Assembly (NCBI GenBank): GCA_963827685.1
Contig: CAWHBU010000004.1
Location: forward strand, 416,001-480,000
DNA length: 64,000 nt
Reading direction: 5' to 3'
From: an uncultured delta proteobacterium
GTDB taxonomy: Bacteria > Desulfobacterota > BSN033 > UBA1163
Both the position numbers and the translations under genes were made by a program. Shown one piece after another: positions 40,401 through 49,551 of this stretch. Within the stretch, counting starts at the first letter, position 1, and each line of letters opens with the position of its first letter. The notes beneath the pieces were generated by a model. The model saw nothing but the letters and a program-made list of their open reading frames with translations. It made no database searches and was not told where the DNA came from.

Positions 40401-40620
40401 CTTCAACGTAGCCGACCTGAGAGTGCTTGCCGTCCCAAACTCGGAAGTCTGGATTGCCTGCTTCGGTCTTCTTTGGCAGTACAGTGACGTGGGCCTTCTT
40501 TTTTCTCACGCTTTCGGAAAACCATTCAAGAAGTTCCGCAAAGGCAGGGTAGTAGGATTCCTCGCGAGCATCCCCGCGCTTGGTAATTGATGCGATCTTT
40601 TTAATATATGTGTCTATCAT
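37468..40620 (-). CDS. Fused restriction-modification enzyme (N-terminal PD-ExK nuclease, N6-adenine MTase, type ISP-like C-terminal specificity domain; no helicase)
   Basis: NPDFRVW...YVEAK; GVYYTP; VLDPAGGT; GNPPY; YRPFD; DFPRVP; IGGYQVSEKWLKDRK. Confidence 0.9.
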   Translation of the reverse strand: MIDTYIKKIASITKRGDAREESYYPAFAELLEWFSESVRKKKAHVTVLPKKTEAGNPDFRVWDGKHSQVGYVEAKPPKANLDEVETSDQLKRYLSTFPNLILTNFYEFRLYRNGQRVAHVLLARPYIPTKLKTIPPAEHTDEFLALLEKFFQFSLPTKFTAESLAKELATRTRFLRDQVIKEELRETSNAGAKKILGFYEAFQKHLIFNLKQDEFADLYAQTITYGLFAARTRANGAFNRILAYDLIPKTIGILRDIFHFVSFDPPEQLQATVDDIAEVLAVADVKNILHQYFKEGKGSDPIFHFYETFLAEYNPQERERRGVYYTPEPVVSYIVRSLNIILKEKFERQDGFATQSVTVLDPAGGTLTFLAEAARLAVEEFVSKYGEGSKAKFIEDHILKHFFAFELMMAPYAAGHLKMGYLLEELGHKLSGDERFQFYLTNTLEMGELAQTSLPGMASLSEESHLANKVKKERPILVILGNPPYSGHSANKGDWIKDQIETYKKVDGKPLGEKNPKWLQDDYVKFIRFAQWKIDQIGEGALGFITNHSYLDNPTFRGMRQSLMNSFDEIYILDLHGNSLKKEKAPNGSKDENVFDIQQGVAIGLFVKRKQCTPSKILMHSEIWGVWEQKYEWLKKHELKKTDWNQLKPVTPFYLFVPRDEKLGKRFQSYLSIPAIFPVNSVGIVTARDHLTIHWTPQQAWTTVLNFSSLDPEIARQAYQLGNDVRDWKVKLAQEDLKKGGPTKGNIVPILYRPFDIRFTYYTGNSKGFHCMPRGEIMRHMLQPNLAIILPRRVETAIPWSHVFLSNHLVEHVAVSLKTIDYCFPLYLYEKLDSGGSGRKSGLSRYQPMFVFEPAEAYSMRHSNISSGLLISLANAYKRQPAPEQIFHYIYALLYSNAYRKKYAEFLKTDFPRVPFTKEYKLFNKLAQKGEELVELHLLKSKKLAKPMAKCEGSGDLRVDKVTYDQKKARVHINPEKWFTGIPPNVWEYHIGGYQVSEKWLKDRKGKGLSSEEVAHYCIVVTAIAETISIQQSLDNLFAEVETSLLEVRL

Positions 40621-40666
40621 TGTCTATCCAATAAATGGCTTACAATCAATCGAAATATGGATTAGG

Positions 40667-40796
40667 ATGTAACACAAAAGGTGAGCGACCGCCGCCGGAA
40701 GCGCGCTCACGCAAGCAAGGTAAATGTTCGAAATCATCCGGCAACTCCGGAACCGAGACGCGGGGCAGCAGTTCATCTTGACCGTTTTGTTAGGGC
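40667..40796 (-). other. Integron attC-like recombination site
   Basis: R'' GCCCTAAC overlaps the upstream stop codon; the GGT(C)AAG...CTGCTGCC arm pairs imperfectly with GGCGGCGGTCGCTCACC; R' GTTACAT. Confidence 0.65.
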
Positions 40797-41377
40797 TCTT
40801 TGAGGCGCCTTATTATATGCTTAAACATATCCCGGTTCAGCGCTGCTGCCACCTTTTCGCTCGCGGCTGAGACAACTCCTAAACCGTGTAATGCGTAGAT
40901 GTCGTCAATGGCCGACTTGATCCGAGCAACGTCTGCTTTCTCGTGCACGACTTTGAGGCCCTTCCGACCTTTCGTTTTTGCCTTTCTTCTTTCATAGCAT
41001 TCACAGATGAATATACAGTTAAGCCACAGAGAGTGGACGATCAGGTTCCTGAATTCCTCGGCAGCCGACAACGCTGCCGCAACGGTTCTCACATGTTCTT
41101 GCTGGGTTGCGTTGTCTCGATACCGTCTGAGCAACAATGCGGTAAGAAGATCAACACGCTGCCCGAAGCTCATTGACGCCAGAATCATATCAGCGGTCTC
41201 AATGTCGCTACTGCCAAGCTCCTTTGTCACCGCTTGTGAAATACGCAAATCGAGATCGTTGAAGGCGATCACCAGCCGTCCGATCCAAAGCGATAGCTGA
41301 TTTCTGCGAATACTCAACACGCGGCGGCGTCGTTGAGCGATGCCACGCCCGATCTTTTTTAGGATTTTGTTAGTCAC
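40790..41377 (-). CDS. Hypothetical helical protein with HEPN-like RxxxxH motif (gene cassette)
   Basis: IGRLVIAFNDLD...SFGQRVDLL...EFRNLIVHSLW. Confidence 0.65.
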   Translation of the reverse strand: MTNKILKKIGRGIAQRRRRVLSIRRNQLSLWIGRLVIAFNDLDLRISQAVTKELGSSDIETADMILASMSFGQRVDLLTALLLRRYRDNATQQEHVRTVAAALSAAEEFRNLIVHSLWLNCIFICECYERRKAKTKGRKGLKVVHEKADVARIKSAIDDIYALHGLGVVSAASEKVAAALNRDMFKHIIRRLKEP

Positions 41378-41674
41378 GTACTCGCCCGAACATTATTTTT
41401 ATGCTGTTACTAGCTGTCGCTATGTTTTGCTACAAAATAAACCTATGCGTGTCCCAAATTGTCAATTTATGGTTGTAATATATACCTTTTTTGGAATTTT
41501 TGGAAGTACCGAATACAGAGATGAGCTTTCATCTACGAAGTTTTAATTTTTTGAAATGATAAAAATTGCCACCTTCGAGTTGAAACCGTGTAGGCATTTC
41601 AACTTATGATTGAATCAATCAAATTGTATTTGTTGGTTAATTTGTCAAGTGGAGGTCGAAAGGTCAACGGCTAC

Positions 41675-42307
41675 TCATGCGGGATTCAGTTTTGTATATA
41701 ATTCTTGTTTCAATTGTTCAGCCGAAATAAAATGGATGCCCTGCATTCCTAAAGAAACGGCTACTTCGACATGTTTCTTCATGTCATCGACAAAAAGAAT
41801 CTTTCGGGGTTCGACCTTAGCCCACTCGATGGCGTTTTGATAGATCTCGATAGCAGGTTTTTTAAAACCCACCTCGTGGGACAGAATCCATTGATCAAAC
41901 ACCCTGATGATAGGAAATTTTGAAAGGATGTAGTCGAAATGGAGAGGATTGGTGTTGGAAAGGAGGCCGAGTTTCCACCTCCTTTTTTGGGAGAGGATGA
42001 TCTGGGAGACCTCTTGATTTTCAAGAAAGATATCGTTCCAGATGGGAATGAACTCCTCAAAGGAAAGGGAGAGTTGAAGGAATTCTCTTATGGATTGGAA
42101 GAATTCCGGAGAGGATACTTTTCCGATTTCATAACCATTGACCGCTCCCTTTCCAAAATCGAAGAGGTAGGAAAAAATTTTGGCGGGATCCTGAAATTCT
42201 ATTCTTTGAGAGAACGGAGAGAGTTTTTCTGCGATCTGGAAATGGTTGAAAGGAAGAATGACATTTCCCAAGTCGTAAAGGATGACTTCAATCGGAGGCT
42301 GGGTCAT
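41675..42307 (-). CDS. HAD-superfamily phosphatase
   Basis: ILYDLGNVI, LSNT, KKP, FVDD; the ORF-track N-terminal extension is repeat-derived. Confidence 0.88.
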   Translation of the reverse strand: MTQPPIEVILYDLGNVILPFNHFQIAEKLSPFSQRIEFQDPAKIFSYLFDFGKGAVNGYEIGKVSSPEFFQSIREFLQLSLSFEEFIPIWNDIFLENQEVSQIILSQKRRWKLGLLSNTNPLHFDYILSKFPIIRVFDQWILSHEVGFKKPAIEIYQNAIEWAKVEPRKILFVDDMKKHVEVAVSLGMQGIHFISAEQLKQELYTKLNPA

Positions 42308-42333
42308 CTTTGTCCACGGATTTAACCAAGAAC

Positions 42334-42394
42334 TGTAGCGCCCCCATTTACTGGGGGCGCATAAAAACCGTCGGCAATAAATGCCGACGCTACA
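42334..42394. repeat. GTAG-type REP doublet (REPIN-like)
   Basis: TGTAGCGCCCCCATTTACTGGGGGCGC-ataaaaac-CGTCGGCAATAAATGCCGACGCTACA: two hairpins with inverted GTAG/CTAC ends. Confidence 0.75.
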
Positions 42395-42397
42395 CAT

Positions 42398-43195
42398 TTA
42401 TGAAATGGGTTTGGGAAGATCGAAATACTCGGCGATCGCTTGGGTCAGACCGGGGATGGTATATTGTCTCGGCTGAATCTGCGCTTTCAATCCCCATTCC
42501 TTTGCCGTCCTGGCAGTCACCGGCCCGATACAGGCAATAGCGACACCCTTTAACAGTTTTTTAAGATCTTCTTTTTTAAGGAGTTCGGCAAAATGGTTGA
42601 CCGTGGAAGAGGAGGTGAAGGTGATGACATCCGTCTTTCCGTCTTTCAGGATTTTCTTCAATTTCTTCGATCCGCCCTTTGGCCTGACCGTCCGATAAGC
42701 CTCCACCACATCTACCTCTGCGCCCATTTTTCTCAAGCCTTTTGGCAGTATATCCCGCGCCTTTTTAGCACGAGCCAGAAGGATCCGTTTTCCATTTAGA
42801 GACATTCTTTCAAATCCTTTAAGGATGGATTCAGCGATAAACTCTTTCGGGATATAGTGGACGGAAACTCCTTTTTCCTTTAATTGTTTGGCCGTAGCAG
42901 GTCCGATGGCACAGACTCTAAGGGAAGGGGGAAGTCTCTTGGCCTTCCCCCTTCCCTCAAGCCTTTGCCAGAAAAAATTGACTCCATTGGCACTGGTAAA
43001 AAGTATCCAGTCATAAGACTCCAACTGATCAATGGCCTGGTCAAGTTCCTTCCAGTGGAGCGGAGAAACAATCTCGATGGTGGGAAATTCGATCACCTCT
43101 GCTCCCAATTTTTTAAGCTGAGTGGCAAAATCACCCGACTGCTCACGGGCTCGGGTGATCAGGATTTTCTTTCCAACGAGGCATTTTTTATTCAT
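42398..43195 (-). CDS. hemD: Uroporphyrinogen-III synthase
   Basis: ILITRAREQ, FTSANGV, IGPATA, FTSSSTV. Confidence 0.93.
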   Translation of the reverse strand: MNKKCLVGKKILITRAREQSGDFATQLKKLGAEVIEFPTIEIVSPLHWKELDQAIDQLESYDWILFTSANGVNFFWQRLEGRGKAKRLPPSLRVCAIGPATAKQLKEKGVSVHYIPKEFIAESILKGFERMSLNGKRILLARAKKARDILPKGLRKMGAEVDVVEAYRTVRPKGGSKKLKKILKDGKTDVITFTSSSTVNHFAELLKKEDLKKLLKGVAIACIGPVTARTAKEWGLKAQIQPRQYTIPGLTQAIAEYFDLPKPIS

Positions 43196-43223
43196 CTAAG
43201 TTAGAGAATAACACCAAAATTTT

Positions 43224-43311
43224 CCTCCCCCCCTTGTGGGGGAGGATTAAGGTCGGGGGGACTAACACTCCTCACCCCCACCCTCGCCCTCCCCCGTCAA
43301 AGGGGGAGGGG
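43224..43311. repeat. C/G-rich REP-like double hairpin
   Basis: CCTCCCCCCCTTGTGGGGGAGGATTAAGG...CACCCCCACCCTCGCCCTCCCCCGTCAAAGGGGGAGGG; related to 62671..62909. Confidence 0.7.
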
Positions 43312-43366
43312 AATAGATTAGTGTCCCATGGTTTTTGGTTAATTAGACCATCATAGCAAGTTGGCT

Positions 43367-44314
43367 TCATATTCGAATCGCAGGGCTGGATCTCCGATAG
43401 ACCTCATCAAGAATCTCTTTGGCTCCTTTGCCCAAGAGGATCTCCGCCAATTGGAGCCCGAGCGTCTCGGCTCTCTCAATGGGTCCCTCCATATGATGTG
43501 TGATGAGCCTCTTCCCGTCCATCGTTCCAACTAATCCATCGACTTGGAGGGTGGCTCCAACGATTCGGGCAAAAGCAGCGATGGGGACCTGACAACCTCC
43601 CTCCAATTTCTTAAGGAAGGTCCTCTCCGCGGTAATGGCGATGGAGGAGTCTCGATCGTTGAGAAATCGGATTTGACCCTCCACCTCGTCATCATCCATT
43701 CTTGTCTCAATTCCCAATGCCCCCTGACCGATGGCGGGGAGAGAGATCTCTGGAAGAATAATTTCTGTGATTTTTTCTTCTAAGCCCAGCCTTCTTACAC
43801 CTGAGAGAGCCAGGATGATTGCATCTAAGTCGGTTGTTTTTAACTTCCTGAGTCGCGTATCTAAATTTCCCCTCAGAGGAATGAATTCAAAGTCACTTCT
43901 GAAATGAAGCAACTGGGCCTGCCGCCTCAGGCTGCTTGTACCAATCTTTGCTCCTTGGGGAAGATCTTTTAATGGCTTTCCATCCTTTGAGATGAGGACA
44001 TCTCGAGGATCTTCTCTTTTTGTGATCACGGAGAGATGGAGACCTTTTGGAAATTCGGTTGGGACATCCTTGATGCTATGAACGGCAAGGTCGATCCTTT
44101 TTTGCAGGAGTGCTTCCTCGATTTCTTTGACGAAAAGACCTTTTCCCCCGATCTTCGCTAACGGAGCATCCTGAATCTTATCTCCGGTGGTTTTGATTTT
44201 GATGAGCGTGACGTCGAGGTCAGAATGGGCCTGGACCAATTGATCCTTCACCCAATTGGCCTGAAAAAGAGCGAGTTGACTCCCACGGGTCCCGATTTTG
44301 AGCTCAGAGGGCAT
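43367..44314 (-). CDS. hemC: Hydroxymethylbilane synthase (porphobilinogen deaminase)
   Basis: IGTRGSQLAL, GGKGLFVKE, VHSIKD, GTSSLRR, LEGGCQVP. Confidence 0.97.
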   Translation of the reverse strand: MPSELKIGTRGSQLALFQANWVKDQLVQAHSDLDVTLIKIKTTGDKIQDAPLAKIGGKGLFVKEIEEALLQKRIDLAVHSIKDVPTEFPKGLHLSVITKREDPRDVLISKDGKPLKDLPQGAKIGTSSLRRQAQLLHFRSDFEFIPLRGNLDTRLRKLKTTDLDAIILALSGVRRLGLEEKITEIILPEISLPAIGQGALGIETRMDDDEVEGQIRFLNDRDSSIAITAERTFLKKLEGGCQVPIAAFARIVGATLQVDGLVGTMDGKRLITHHMEGPIERAETLGLQLAEILLGKGAKEILDEVYRRSSPAIRI

Positions 44315-45644
44315 CTTCGAGACGGGGTTCCTCCTTTTCTTTCTCCTCTTCGAATTTTTCCAAGAAGGTTTCTAATGATTTCTCAGGCAGTCCAAAGAGA
44401 GTATGGAGGGCATCGAGATAAAGGTCAGCCATCGCCTCCTCATTGGTTTGTTTGAGAAGGGTGATCGGCGTGTGGAGAATCTTATTGATGATGGCGGAAG
44501 TGAGGGCCTCCAAAGATTTCTTCTCCTTATCCGATAGATCGGGGTGGAGGGAAAGGGTTTTTTCCAACTCCTTCTTTCTGATCTCTTCAAACTTTTTCCT
44601 CAAGGCCACGATGGTGGGGGTCACGTCGAGAGATCGATACCAGTTGACGAATTTAAACATCTCGTCCTGGACAATCGCCTCAGCTTTTCGGGCCTCCTTT
44701 TCCCGATCTTTGGTGTTTTCATTAGCTACTTTTTGGAGATCATCGATATTGTAGAGGTAGACATTTTCAATATCACCGACCTTGGGTTCGATATCCCGAG
44801 GGTCAGCGATATCGATGAAAAAGATCGGTTTCTGTCTCCGATCCTTGATCACCTTCGTGATCTGGTCATGTCTGATAAGATATTGAGGTGAATCCGTAGC
44901 AGTGATGACGATGTCCACTTTCTTCAAACCCTGTGCCATGTCCTCAAAGGGGATGGCTTCGCCCCTAAATTCCTGAGCCAGTGACACAGCCCGTTCATCA
45001 GTACGATTCGTCACCAAGATTTTTTCTATACCAGCTGAGACGAGGTGTCGGGCAGCCAGTTCACACATCTCTCCTGCTCCAATGAGTAAGACGGTTTTTC
45101 TTTCCAGGGTCCCAAAGATTTTTTCGGCCAACTCGACCGCGACAGAACTAACGGATACGGCACTATTGCCAATCTTCGTCTCTGTTCTCACCCTTTTTGC
45201 TACATGAAAGGCCCGATGAAGAAGTCGATGGAGAATGAGACCCGAAGTTTTAACCTGTTGGGAGAGATCATAGGCTTCCTTGATCTGGCCCAAAATTTGA
45301 GGTTCTCCCACGACCATGGAATCAAGACTTGAGGCAACCCGGAAGATATGTCTCACGGCCTCTTCTCCGACATAAAAATAGAGACTTTTTTCGAATTGCT
45401 TCAAGGGGATGCTATGGTACCGAGAGAGAAATTCCTTCAGATCGCGGATGGCTTTTTCTGTCTCTCGTGTGGCCGCATAAACTTCCACCCGATTACAGGT
45501 GGAGACGATCATGTCTTCCTTGAGAGAGGAAAGGGTATGGACCTTGTCTAAAGCGTCTTCTATCTTATCTTCGGGAAACGCGAGGCATTCCCGGATCTCA
45601 ATAGGCGCAGTCTTATGATTTAGTCCGACAACGAGGAGTTCCAT
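44304..45644 (-). CDS. hemA: Glutamyl-tRNA reductase
   Basis: GLNHKTAP, STCNRVE, SLDSMVVGEPQILGQ, GAGEM. Confidence 0.97.
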   Translation of the reverse strand: MELLVVGLNHKTAPIEIRECLAFPEDKIEDALDKVHTLSSLKEDMIVSTCNRVEVYAATRETEKAIRDLKEFLSRYHSIPLKQFEKSLYFYVGEEAVRHIFRVASSLDSMVVGEPQILGQIKEAYDLSQQVKTSGLILHRLLHRAFHVAKRVRTETKIGNSAVSVSSVAVELAEKIFGTLERKTVLLIGAGEMCELAARHLVSAGIEKILVTNRTDERAVSLAQEFRGEAIPFEDMAQGLKKVDIVITATDSPQYLIRHDQITKVIKDRRQKPIFFIDIADPRDIEPKVGDIENVYLYNIDDLQKVANENTKDREKEARKAEAIVQDEMFKFVNWYRSLDVTPTIVALRKKFEEIRKKELEKTLSLHPDLSDKEKKSLEALTSAIINKILHTPITLLKQTNEEAMADLYLDALHTLFGLPEKSLETFLEKFEEEKEKEEPRLEDAL

Positions 45645-45714
45645 GTTACCAGATAAATAAACAAAGGATAAGGTTGAGGTTAAGGTTGAGCCTCAACCGA
45701 CTTCTCTCTTTTTT

Positions 45715-46536
45715 CTACCAATTCGAATAGGCATGAAGTCCCGGAAGAAGGAGGTTGACGCCCAAAAATGTGAAGAGGGCAGCCAGAAATCCTACAATGG
45801 CCATCATGGCTGCCTTCCGTCCCCTCCATCCAACCGTCAGACGCTGGTGAAGCAGTGCCGCATAGAGGAGCCAGGTGATCAGGGACCACGTTTCTTTAGG
45901 GTCCCAATTCCAGTATCTCCCCCAGGCATATTCAGCCCAAACAGCACCTGTGATGATCCCCAGGGTCAATAAGGGGAACCCAAATTTGAGGGACTGGTAG
46001 CTCAGATCGTCCAGAAGATTCAAAGGAGGAAGTCTTCTTGTGATGGCCCCCATCTTTTTCGATTTGAGTTGATGCTCTTGAATTAAATACATCACTCCGC
46101 AACAGAAGGTTAAGGTGAAGATGGCATTGCCCAGAAAGGCAAAGATCACATGGAAGGGATGCCAGAAACTTTTTAAAACGGGAGCCAAGGGAAAAATCTC
46201 TTTAGGGAGGGCAAAAGCAAAAAGCATGAGAATGAGGGCAATGGGAGTGAGAAAGGAACCCAAAACCTTGACCTTATATTTAAGATTAGCGATCAACAAG
46301 ATGCCGATGATCATCCATGCAAAGAAAGAAAGGGATTCATAAAGATTGGTCACAGGAGTATGGCCGGCTTCCACATACCTCGTAAGGATGGCCAGGGTAT
46401 GGGAGGCGAATCCGATGGAGACGACGGTGGCTGCGATTTTAGAGAGGGCCTCTTTCAGGAAAATGATATAGGCTAAATAGGCCAACGTCCCGAACAAGTA
46501 GAGAAAGGAGGCGAACTTAAAAAAATAGATGTTCAT
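45715..46536 (-). CDS. ccsB: Cytochrome c biogenesis protein CcsA/CcsB (HemX-like)
   Basis: TGAVWAEYAWGRYWNWDPKETWS WWD domain; conserved His residues. Confidence 0.9.
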   Translation of the reverse strand: MNIYFFKFASFLYLFGTLAYLAYIIFLKEALSKIAATVVSIGFASHTLAILTRYVEAGHTPVTNLYESLSFFAWMIIGILLIANLKYKVKVLGSFLTPIALILMLFAFALPKEIFPLAPVLKSFWHPFHVIFAFLGNAIFTLTFCCGVMYLIQEHQLKSKKMGAITRRLPPLNLLDDLSYQSLKFGFPLLTLGIITGAVWAEYAWGRYWNWDPKETWSLITWLLYAALLHQRLTVGWRGRKAAMMAIVGFLAALFTFLGVNLLLPGLHAYSNW

Positions 46537-46651
46537 AAAAATTCATTCTAACATTTTCTTTCAATTGATGAAATAGTTCATTCCTTGCCCAAGTGATCTA
46601 TTTCAAATCCTAATGCCAAATAATGATTTGCATGGCGCATCGCATACATGG

Positions 46652-46880
46652 AAGCACCAAATCACAAGCCCTGTACCTAATATGGTGCAGGGCAAGCACC
46701 AAACCTGTTCCTGACAGGTTCAGGGATAACAAACAAATTCCAATGGTCCAAATTCGAAATTTCCCGTCACCCTCCCCCTCTCCCCAGTGAGGAGAGGGAT
46801 GGGGGGCATAATAGTTTTGGTCACTCGAAATTGGAATTTGGAGCTTATTTGGGATTTGGAGTTTGTGATTTGGGATTTTA
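46652..46880. repeat. Composite inverted repeat built of short tandem units, with nested palindromes
   Basis: AAATCACAA/CAAATTCCAA arms pair with TTGGAATTTG/TTGTGATTT; inserts CCCTGTACC-taatat-GGTGCAGGG and a CCCTCTCC...GGAGAGGG REP. Confidence 0.65.
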
Positions 46881-46915
46881 GACACATTGTAGTCTGCTCT
46901 ATGGTGTCAACTCGC

Positions 46916-48262
46916 TTACCACGTTTTTGTCAATTGGTGAAACTGCCAATTCATCGCCAAGTAGAAGAGAGGATGGACCCAGGGTCTTTTAATAATCCTT
47001 GTATAGATCGAAGAGGTTGAAAAAACCTCTTTCCAAACTCTCCTCATTCCTTTTTCTAATTCTTCCACAGACATCAATAAAGGCTGATAGACGGCGTTGA
47101 GGGAATCGTATTTCTCCCAATCTCTGCAGAGAATCCTTCCTTCTTTCTCCAATCGAAGAAATGAATCGGTTCCGGGATAGGGGGCCATGATGAAGGCAAG
47201 AGCCCAGTCGAGTTTCGAGTCAATGCAGAAGTCAATGATCCTTTGGAAGACTCCAGGGTCATCATCATCTAGACCTACGATGAAGGTTCCCATGACACCA
47301 ATTCCTTGATCGTGAATTCTTTTGACAGCCTCGGCATACCGAGAGGGCTGGTTGAATCCCTTTCCCATCGTATTCAGGTTCTTTGTTGAGAAGGACTCAA
47401 ACCCGATATTGATCGCGATACAGCCACTTTGGGAGAATCCTTCTAACAGTTCTTGATCGAAAGCAATGGAAACAGGGGCATGGCCATACCAGAGGAGATC
47501 GAATTCTTTAAGAAGGGAGAGGAGGTTAAGACAAAACCGCTTATCCCCTGCGATGTTGGAATCGATGATGTAAAGGAGCCTTCTCTTGAGAAAATAAGGA
47601 AGGTCTTTGCTAAATAGGGAGAGGATTTTTTTTGGAACAAGGTTCATCACCGGCCCCTTTTGGAAAAGGGTTTTAAGTTCTCGCTCAATTTCGCTGATCG
47701 GGCGATTGCGGTATCGAAATCCGAAAAATTTTGAGACGCCGCAGAAGTCGCAGCGGTGAGGACATCCTCGTGTGGTTTCGAGTAATTTCAGTGGAAAGTA
47801 AAATGTTTTGTTGAGAAGTTCCCTTCTGGGAAGGGGAAGGTCGGAGGGGTTCACCAATTCGCTCCCCACATAAACCCGCCTCATTTGCCCTCTTCTCAGA
47901 TCCTCGATCAGATCTGGCCAAACCTCTTCTGCTTCCCCCACCACGACTGCATCCACATGTCGGAGCGCCTCCTGAGGGAGCATGCTGGCATGGACCCCTC
48001 CCATGACCACAGGGATTCCTCTCTTTTTGAACTCTTCTGCGATCTGGTAAGCTCGGGGGGCAACGGGGGTCTGGGCAGTCATCCCCACCAGATCCACCTT
48101 TTCTTCGAAATCGATTTTTTCGAAGGCTTCATCCACGATCTTTAGCTCCACACCAGGAGGGGTGACGGCGGCGACATAGGGAAGGTTTAAAAAACTTAGT
48201 CTGAACAGGAAGGCCTCTTCCTTTTTTCGCTCCCGCTCAGGTGAGATCAAAAGGATCTTCAT
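46916..48262 (-). CDS. Cobalamin-binding radical SAM protein
   Basis: B12-binding N-domain (VMGGVHAS); TRGCPHRCDFC; IGFES; PYPGT. Confidence 0.92.
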   Translation of the reverse strand: MKILLISPERERKKEEAFLFRLSFLNLPYVAAVTPPGVELKIVDEAFEKIDFEEKVDLVGMTAQTPVAPRAYQIAEEFKKRGIPVVMGGVHASMLPQEALRHVDAVVVGEAEEVWPDLIEDLRRGQMRRVYVGSELVNPSDLPLPRRELLNKTFYFPLKLLETTRGCPHRCDFCGVSKFFGFRYRNRPISEIERELKTLFQKGPVMNLVPKKILSLFSKDLPYFLKRRLLYIIDSNIAGDKRFCLNLLSLLKEFDLLWYGHAPVSIAFDQELLEGFSQSGCIAINIGFESFSTKNLNTMGKGFNQPSRYAEAVKRIHDQGIGVMGTFIVGLDDDDPGVFQRIIDFCIDSKLDWALAFIMAPYPGTDSFLRLEKEGRILCRDWEKYDSLNAVYQPLLMSVEELEKGMRRVWKEVFSTSSIYTRIIKRPWVHPLFYLAMNWQFHQLTKTW

Positions 48263-48298
48263 GCTTTCAATTTAACCCATTCTATAGGAAGGGGTCAA

Positions 48299-48378
48299 CG
48301 CCCGCCTGCGGTAGGCAGGCCTGCCTTGGCCGTGTAAACCCGCCTACGGCAGGGAAGCCACCTGCCGATAGGCCTACC
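48299..48378. repeat. Cluster of CCTGCC...GGCAGG palindromes
   Basis: CCGCCTGCGGTAGGCAGGCCTGCC...GGCAGG...CCTGCC. Confidence 0.55.
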
Positions 48379-48379
48379 T

Positions 48380-48396
48380 TTGGCACGAATATTGCT
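48380..48396 (+). promoter_or_regulatory. Sigma54 (-24/-12) promoter upstream of mreB
   Basis: TTGGCACGAATATTGCT matches YTGGCACG-N4-TTGCW exactly. Confidence 0.75.
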
Positions 48397-48472
48397 TAAA
48401 TATTGCATTGAGAAGCTAAGATGTAAATTTTTTGTGATGAATTTTCTTGAATCAGGTGGTCGTATTTGTTAA

Positions 48473-49546
<1,074 letters not shown>

Positions 49547-49551
49547 GATTA

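Noticed and set aside
41400-41675. Integron integrase or a Pc promoter beside the attI-like site
   Set aside because: No tyrosine-recombinase ORF; the TTGACA hexamers present lack a correctly spaced -10 box.
46610-46885. ORF 46610..46885 (and 62739..63035)
   Set aside because: Translations of repeat DNA, not plausible proteins.
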